A DNA stretch of 21,467 bases. Origin: Promethearchaeota archaeon (GTDB taxonomy: Archaea; Asgardarchaeota; Lokiarchaeia; Sigyniarchaeales; SOKP01). Below are positions 17,896 to 21,467 of this stretch, one piece after another. The notes below the pieces were generated by a model, which saw only the letters and a list, made by a program, of their open reading frames with translations, did not search any database and was not told the origin of the DNA. The DNA lies in assembly GCA_048938895.1 (NCBI GenBank), contig JBHLLU010000050.1, forward strand, positions 1 to 21,467, in the 5' to 3' direction. The first letter of the stretch is position 1. Every line of letters begins with the position of its first letter. The translations under genes were made by a program, and so were the position numbers.

Positions 17896-17920
17896 AATAT
17901 TTATTAGAAGATACAAGTTC

Positions 17921-18496
17921 TTATATTAATTTCGATTGTACAAACGTGGAGTTCTTCCCCCGATAACCTTCTATTTTCAATAATTTTTTTTTAAGACTAG
18001 TTTCCCATGTTTTTTTTGATTTTCCCATAAAACCACCAATATTCCCATCTTTCCTTAGTACACGGTGACATGGGATAATTAAGGGTATTGGATTTGATTT
18101 ACATACATTTCCTATAGCTCTGAATGCTTTTGAGCCAATTTTATTACCAATTTGCGAATAGGTTGATGTTTCACCATGTTTAATATTAAGAAGGCTTTTA
18201 GCAACATTTTGAGAAAAATTTGTTGGAAATATTTCTTGAATTTCTACCTTAATACCTAACTCCGTTATTTTCTCAAATAACTCTATTTTTTCACCAGAAA
18301 AGTACCTATTAATTAATTCCATCAAATTTTGAATAATAACTCTTGACAAAATTTCTTTATTATCTAAAATTTCTAACTTTTCTCTTTCAATAAAGTTCCT
18401 AGTATCATTTAAGTTCTTGAAAAAGTGTAAATATCTTAATTTTATTGTTATATTTTTATTTATTGGTTGAAAACCTATAAGTATAATAATTTTCAA
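17921..18496 (-). CDS. ogt: Methylated-DNA--protein-cysteine methyltransferase
   Basis: TYSQIG, RAIGN, NPIPLIIPCHRV active-site motif and KKKLLKIEG. The start codon is uncertain. Confidence 0.92.
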   Translation of the reverse strand: MKIIILIGFQPINKNITIKLRYLHFFKNLNDTRNFIEREKLEILDNKEILSRVIIQNLMELINRYFSGEKIELFEKITELGIKVEIQEIFPTNFSQNVAKSLLNIKHGETSTYSQIGNKIGSKAFRAIGNVCKSNPIPLIIPCHRVLRKDGNIGGFMGKSKKTWETSLKKKLLKIEGYRGKNSTFVQSKLI

Positions 18497-18705
18497 ATGA
18501 GTAGGCTTAAAATAGAAAGATAATATTTTTTAACACCTTGTAGAATGTGATAATAGAATATAAGAACTACTTAAAATTTCGAAAATTATATAAAACTAAT
18601 CTATTTTAATAGTTATAGGTTCTTATTAAAAATTATAATAAGTTTTACATTATTCCAATTTATTACTATTCAATCTTAATTTGAAAAAGTGAGAGTGAAC
18701 TAATT

Positions 18706-19710
18706 ATGTCAAAGGATTTAAGAGATGTTTTAGATGGTATTGAATCTAACGAAAAACAAACTGCTATTTTGCAATCGAAAGTAGATAAACTAACAGCATT
18801 AGTAGAACGTCAAAAACGAGTTGTTAGTGAACAAGAAGCAATAATCGAGGAACAGAAAGCTAAAATTTCCAAAATGAGCGATATTCCGGAAGATATACTC
18901 GAATTGAAAGAGCTAATTGGTGCCCAAAGACAACAACTTAATGAAAAAGAACTTGAGTTAGAATATGCGAAGGGAGAAATTGCTCAATCACAAAAAGAAT
19001 TAGAACTAGTAAAAAAACAAATTATTCCCACTCAAAAAAAACTAGAAGAATCGTATGAAACTATTGGAAATTTAAGAGCAGAAATAGCCGAAAAAACTTC
19101 AGAATTACTTCTACATAAAGAAGCTAGGAAAGGATTAGAAAATAAAGTACAAGAACTTCAAGCTTTTACAGATAAATTTAAAGAAGAGCAAGTTAAAATA
19201 ATTTCCGAAATGGAGGCAAAACGCTTGCAAGAAACACAAGAATTGAAATCTAAACTTAATCAACTCGATCAAATATTATTGGATAGCAAATTGGTTTCCA
19301 CAGAGAGAGACTCAGAAGCAAAAGATGCAGTTTCGAGATTTGAACAGATGAGGAAAAAACATGAAGAATTGATCAATAAAGTAGGAGAATTAAGTGATCA
19401 GAATAGAGAAGCAAATCAAGAAAATAAGCATTTAAAGCTCGAGATTAAAAAAATTTATGAAGACCAAAAAGAAAATATTAATAAGATTCATTATTTTGAC
19501 AAACTCAAACCGTTAATGGAAAAAGAAGTACTTTTCAAGACGTTTCTTATAGTAGAAGAAGTAGGGGCAATAACCATAGATGATCTTCGAGCAGCAATTG
19601 GTTCACCAATAGTTCTTGTTAGACGGCATGTTCAAGATTTAGAAAATGCTGGATTACTCGAAACTAATGAACAAGGAAAAATAACTGTTAAACATAGTGA
19701 AGAGGATTAG
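18706..19710 (+). CDS. Long coiled-coil protein with a C-terminal winged-helix-like domain
   Basis: About 260 aa of E/K/Q/L-rich heptads, followed by LIVEEVGAITIDDLRAAIGSPIVLVRRHVQDLENAGLLETNEQGKI (wHTH pattern). Confidence 0.75.
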   Translation: MSKDLRDVLDGIESNEKQTAILQSKVDKLTALVERQKRVVSEQEAIIEEQKAKISKMSDIPEDILELKELIGAQRQQLNEKELELEYAKGEIAQSQKELELVKKQIIPTQKKLEESYETIGNLRAEIAEKTSELLLHKEARKGLENKVQELQAFTDKFKEEQVKIISEMEAKRLQETQELKSKLNQLDQILLDSKLVSTERDSEAKDAVSRFEQMRKKHEELINKVGELSDQNREANQENKHLKLEIKKIYEDQKENINKIHYFDKLKPLMEKEVLFKTFLIVEEVGAITIDDLRAAIGSPIVLVRRHVQDLENAGLLETNEQGKITVKHSEED

Positions 19711-19730
19711 AAAAGGAAAATTATTTTTCT

Positions 19731-20108
19731 TTATACCTTGGCTAATTGATTATAAAGTGCAGGTAATACCTCCTTAAAAGCATCATCTGGAATTTTTTCT
19801 AAAATTTCTGCTGCAATTGTCTTTAAGACTTCTCGGTATTTACCTGGTTTTTCATCTCGTCGAAGTATAAGAGCTACAACATAATTTTCAACAGAAATAA
19901 AATCTTGTCCCACTCCTGAGAAGAAAGATACAACTTTATTGTTCTTAAGAGCAATACTTGCGAATCCAGGTTTAAGAGATTGATAACGATGAGAACTATA
20001 AACTTGTGTGAGTAGATTATTAGTAATTTTTAAAGTTTCTGGATAAAATCCTTCATTTATTGGACCAATTTCATTATCCCAGCGAATTACAAGAATACCA
20101 ACAGGCAT
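19731..20108 (-). CDS. Stand-alone longin/uDENN-like domain protein
   Basis: N-terminal GILVIRWDNEIGP-x5-YP resembles the uDENN/NPR2-type beta1-beta2 signature. The beta-beta-alpha-beta-beta-beta-alpha-alpha pattern fits in 125 aa. Confidence 0.65.
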   Translation of the reverse strand: MPVGILVIRWDNEIGPINEGFYPETLKITNNLLTQVYSSHRYQSLKPGFASIALKNNKVVSFFSGVGQDFISVENYVVALILRRDEKPGKYREVLKTIAAEILEKIPDDAFKEVLPALYNQLAKV

Positions 20109-20384
20109 GATTTTTAACCATTTTATTTATTTATTTTAAGATAATAATCCAATTCTAAAAGTATAAGTTGATATATTGTGAGTATGATATTATTCTTATA
20201 TTTTACAATTATTTATTTCTTTTTGTTTTTTATGTAAGCATTATCTAATCTTTAATATTCTTCTTTTTCATATTTAATGTCTATAAAATCTTCAATAGCA
20301 ATCATTATTTTCCATCTGTTTCCTAATTACAATTAATATTTTTATTATATTGCCAAATTGAAAACGAGTATTTAATTTTGTCAA

Positions 20385-20446
20385 AAAAAAGAAATAAGGA
20401 AAGAAATTTGTTTTATTTAAGGAAATCTTATCTAACCATTTATATA
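20385..20446 (+). repeat. Degenerate direct repeat, copy 1 (ends in a TATA-like TTTATATA)
   Basis: AAAAAAGAAATAAGGAAAGAAATTT (20385-20409) and CTTATCTAACCATTTATATA (20427-20446) recur at 21316-21380. Confidence 0.7.
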
Positions 20447-20517
20447 AGAGATCAAAAATTATTTAAAATCTTAGGTATAACTAGAAATCGTGAGGAACCA
20501 TAAGGAAGAGAAAGAAA

Positions 20518-20853
20518 ATGAGTTATAATTATTTATATGAATGTAACGATTGTGGTTTTTGCTGGAAGGACGTGTCTCCAAAGGCTGGTCGGGGGTTCAT
20601 TAAGTGTATACAATGCGGATCGGAAAATGTTAAATTTCTAACGGACAAAAAATATCACGGTTTGAAACTAGAATGGTGGATATACCTAATAATTTCAACA
20701 GTTTCAAGCATAGTGGGAGGAGGTTTTTCGATTTATTTGTATAACAAATTCGATTTAGATTCATGGGTTATACCTGTTGGATTTATTGTTGGTTTTTTTC
20801 TTCCCGCTATTTTTTACTATTGGCATGAGATTCTAGATTTCTTTAATATCTGA
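20518..20853 (+). CDS. Zinc-ribbon protein with two C-terminal transmembrane helices
   Basis: YECNDCG and KCIQCGS (two CxxC motifs), followed by two hydrophobic segments. Confidence 0.7.
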   Translation: MSYNYLYECNDCGFCWKDVSPKAGRGFIKCIQCGSENVKFLTDKKYHGLKLEWWIYLIISTVSSIVGGGFSIYLYNKFDLDSWVIPVGFIVGFFLPAIFYYWHEILDFFNI

Positions 20854-20986
20854 GAAATACAGCTAATAACCATATACTAATTGTTTTAATCAGTAGAAAG
20901 ATATAATAATAAAATAGATAATATAATTCTTGGTTATATATAGTTAACTTGAATATAACAAATATAGGCTGTGGAGATTGCATATA

Positions 20987-21307
20987 ATGGATGATAATTT
21001 GGAAAATGACTTAGAGACAGGAAAAAAAAAATGCGTAGAAAGGGAAATTGGAGAGAATTATAGAATCAATGAGATTTTACGGGAAATATTCAAAAAGGAG
21101 AAAAAAGTTGAAATTCTAAAGATTTCTGAAAGAAAAAAGAAAGAAATAGCATATCGTAGAGAATTTAAAATAAATAAACTCAAGCTTAATGAACCTAATT
21201 ATTTGAATAGTCATCCTTATTGGGATCAGCCATTTTCACCGCTTCCTCTTCTTTTTCGTGTTATAGAATGGATATTCCAGAAAAGAGTTCTTAGATCAGT
21301 AGAATGA
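20987..21307 (+). CDS. Hypothetical protein
   Basis: Open frame with GGAG upstream of ATG 20987. The N-terminus is charged and the C-terminus is amphipathic and aromatic. No family recognised. Confidence 0.45.
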   Translation: MDDNLENDLETGKKKCVEREIGENYRINEILREIFKKEKKVEILKISERKKKEIAYRREFKINKLKLNEPNYLNSHPYWDQPFSPLPLLFRVIEWIFQKRVLRSVE

Positions 21308-21315
21308 AAATTAGG

Positions 21316-21380
21316 AAAAAAGAAATGAGGATAGAAATTTATTTTTGTTTTTAGCTAATGCTTATCTAACCATTAATATA
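21316..21380 (+). repeat. Degenerate direct repeat, copy 2
   Basis: AAAAAAGAAATGAGGATAGAAATTT (21316-21340) is 23/25 identical to copy 1. CTTATCTAACCATTAATATA (21361-21380) is 19/20 identical. Confidence 0.7.
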
Positions 21381-21467
21381 GGCAGATTAAGTAAAATTTA
21401 AATTAAAATTATAACTTTGAATTATTGGTCACCCTTAGAAGCTAAAGAGAATATTTTTTAAGCTTTT

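Noticed and set aside
20252-20305. 17-aa minus-strand micro-ORF MIAIEDFIDIKYEKEEY
   Set aside because: Too short to support. It could be a gene remnant, but nothing else backs it.
20385-21380. The direct repeat as a CRISPR array or IS ends
   Set aside because: There are only two degenerate copies about 930 bp apart, with no regular spacers, terminal inverted repeats, cas gene or transposase.

Overview
Strongly AT-rich, gene-dense archaeal DNA, most likely Asgard archaea (Lokiarchaeia/Promethearchaeota). The call is inferred from the ITPK1-like kinases, a uDENN/longin protein, an archaeal proteasome beta subunit, a long-type FKBP and a geranylgeranyl reductase. The left 7.3 kb looks like an inositol-phosphate module. 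It holds a large GH57-like gene on the minus strand (absent from the ORF track because it runs off the window), divergent from a myo-inositol-1-phosphate synthase. Then come three ATP-grasp proteins with ITPK1-type motifs and a HAD phosphatase with a 74-aa polybasic heptad tail. The middle encodes an HhH-fused FKBP with a degenerate PPIase site, a PflX-like radical SAM protein, a GIFT/IFT52-like protein, proteasome beta, a GGR, an EamA transporter and a membrane protein. It also has an aminotransferase / 2-hydroxyacid dehydrogenase / DUF1015 serine-type cluster and ogt. The right end has a long coiled-coil-wHTH protein, a stand-alone longin, and two small orphan ORFs bracketed by a degenerate direct repeat. 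I saw no rRNA, tRNA, CRISPR array or transposase. All family calls come from motif recognition by eye, not database searches.
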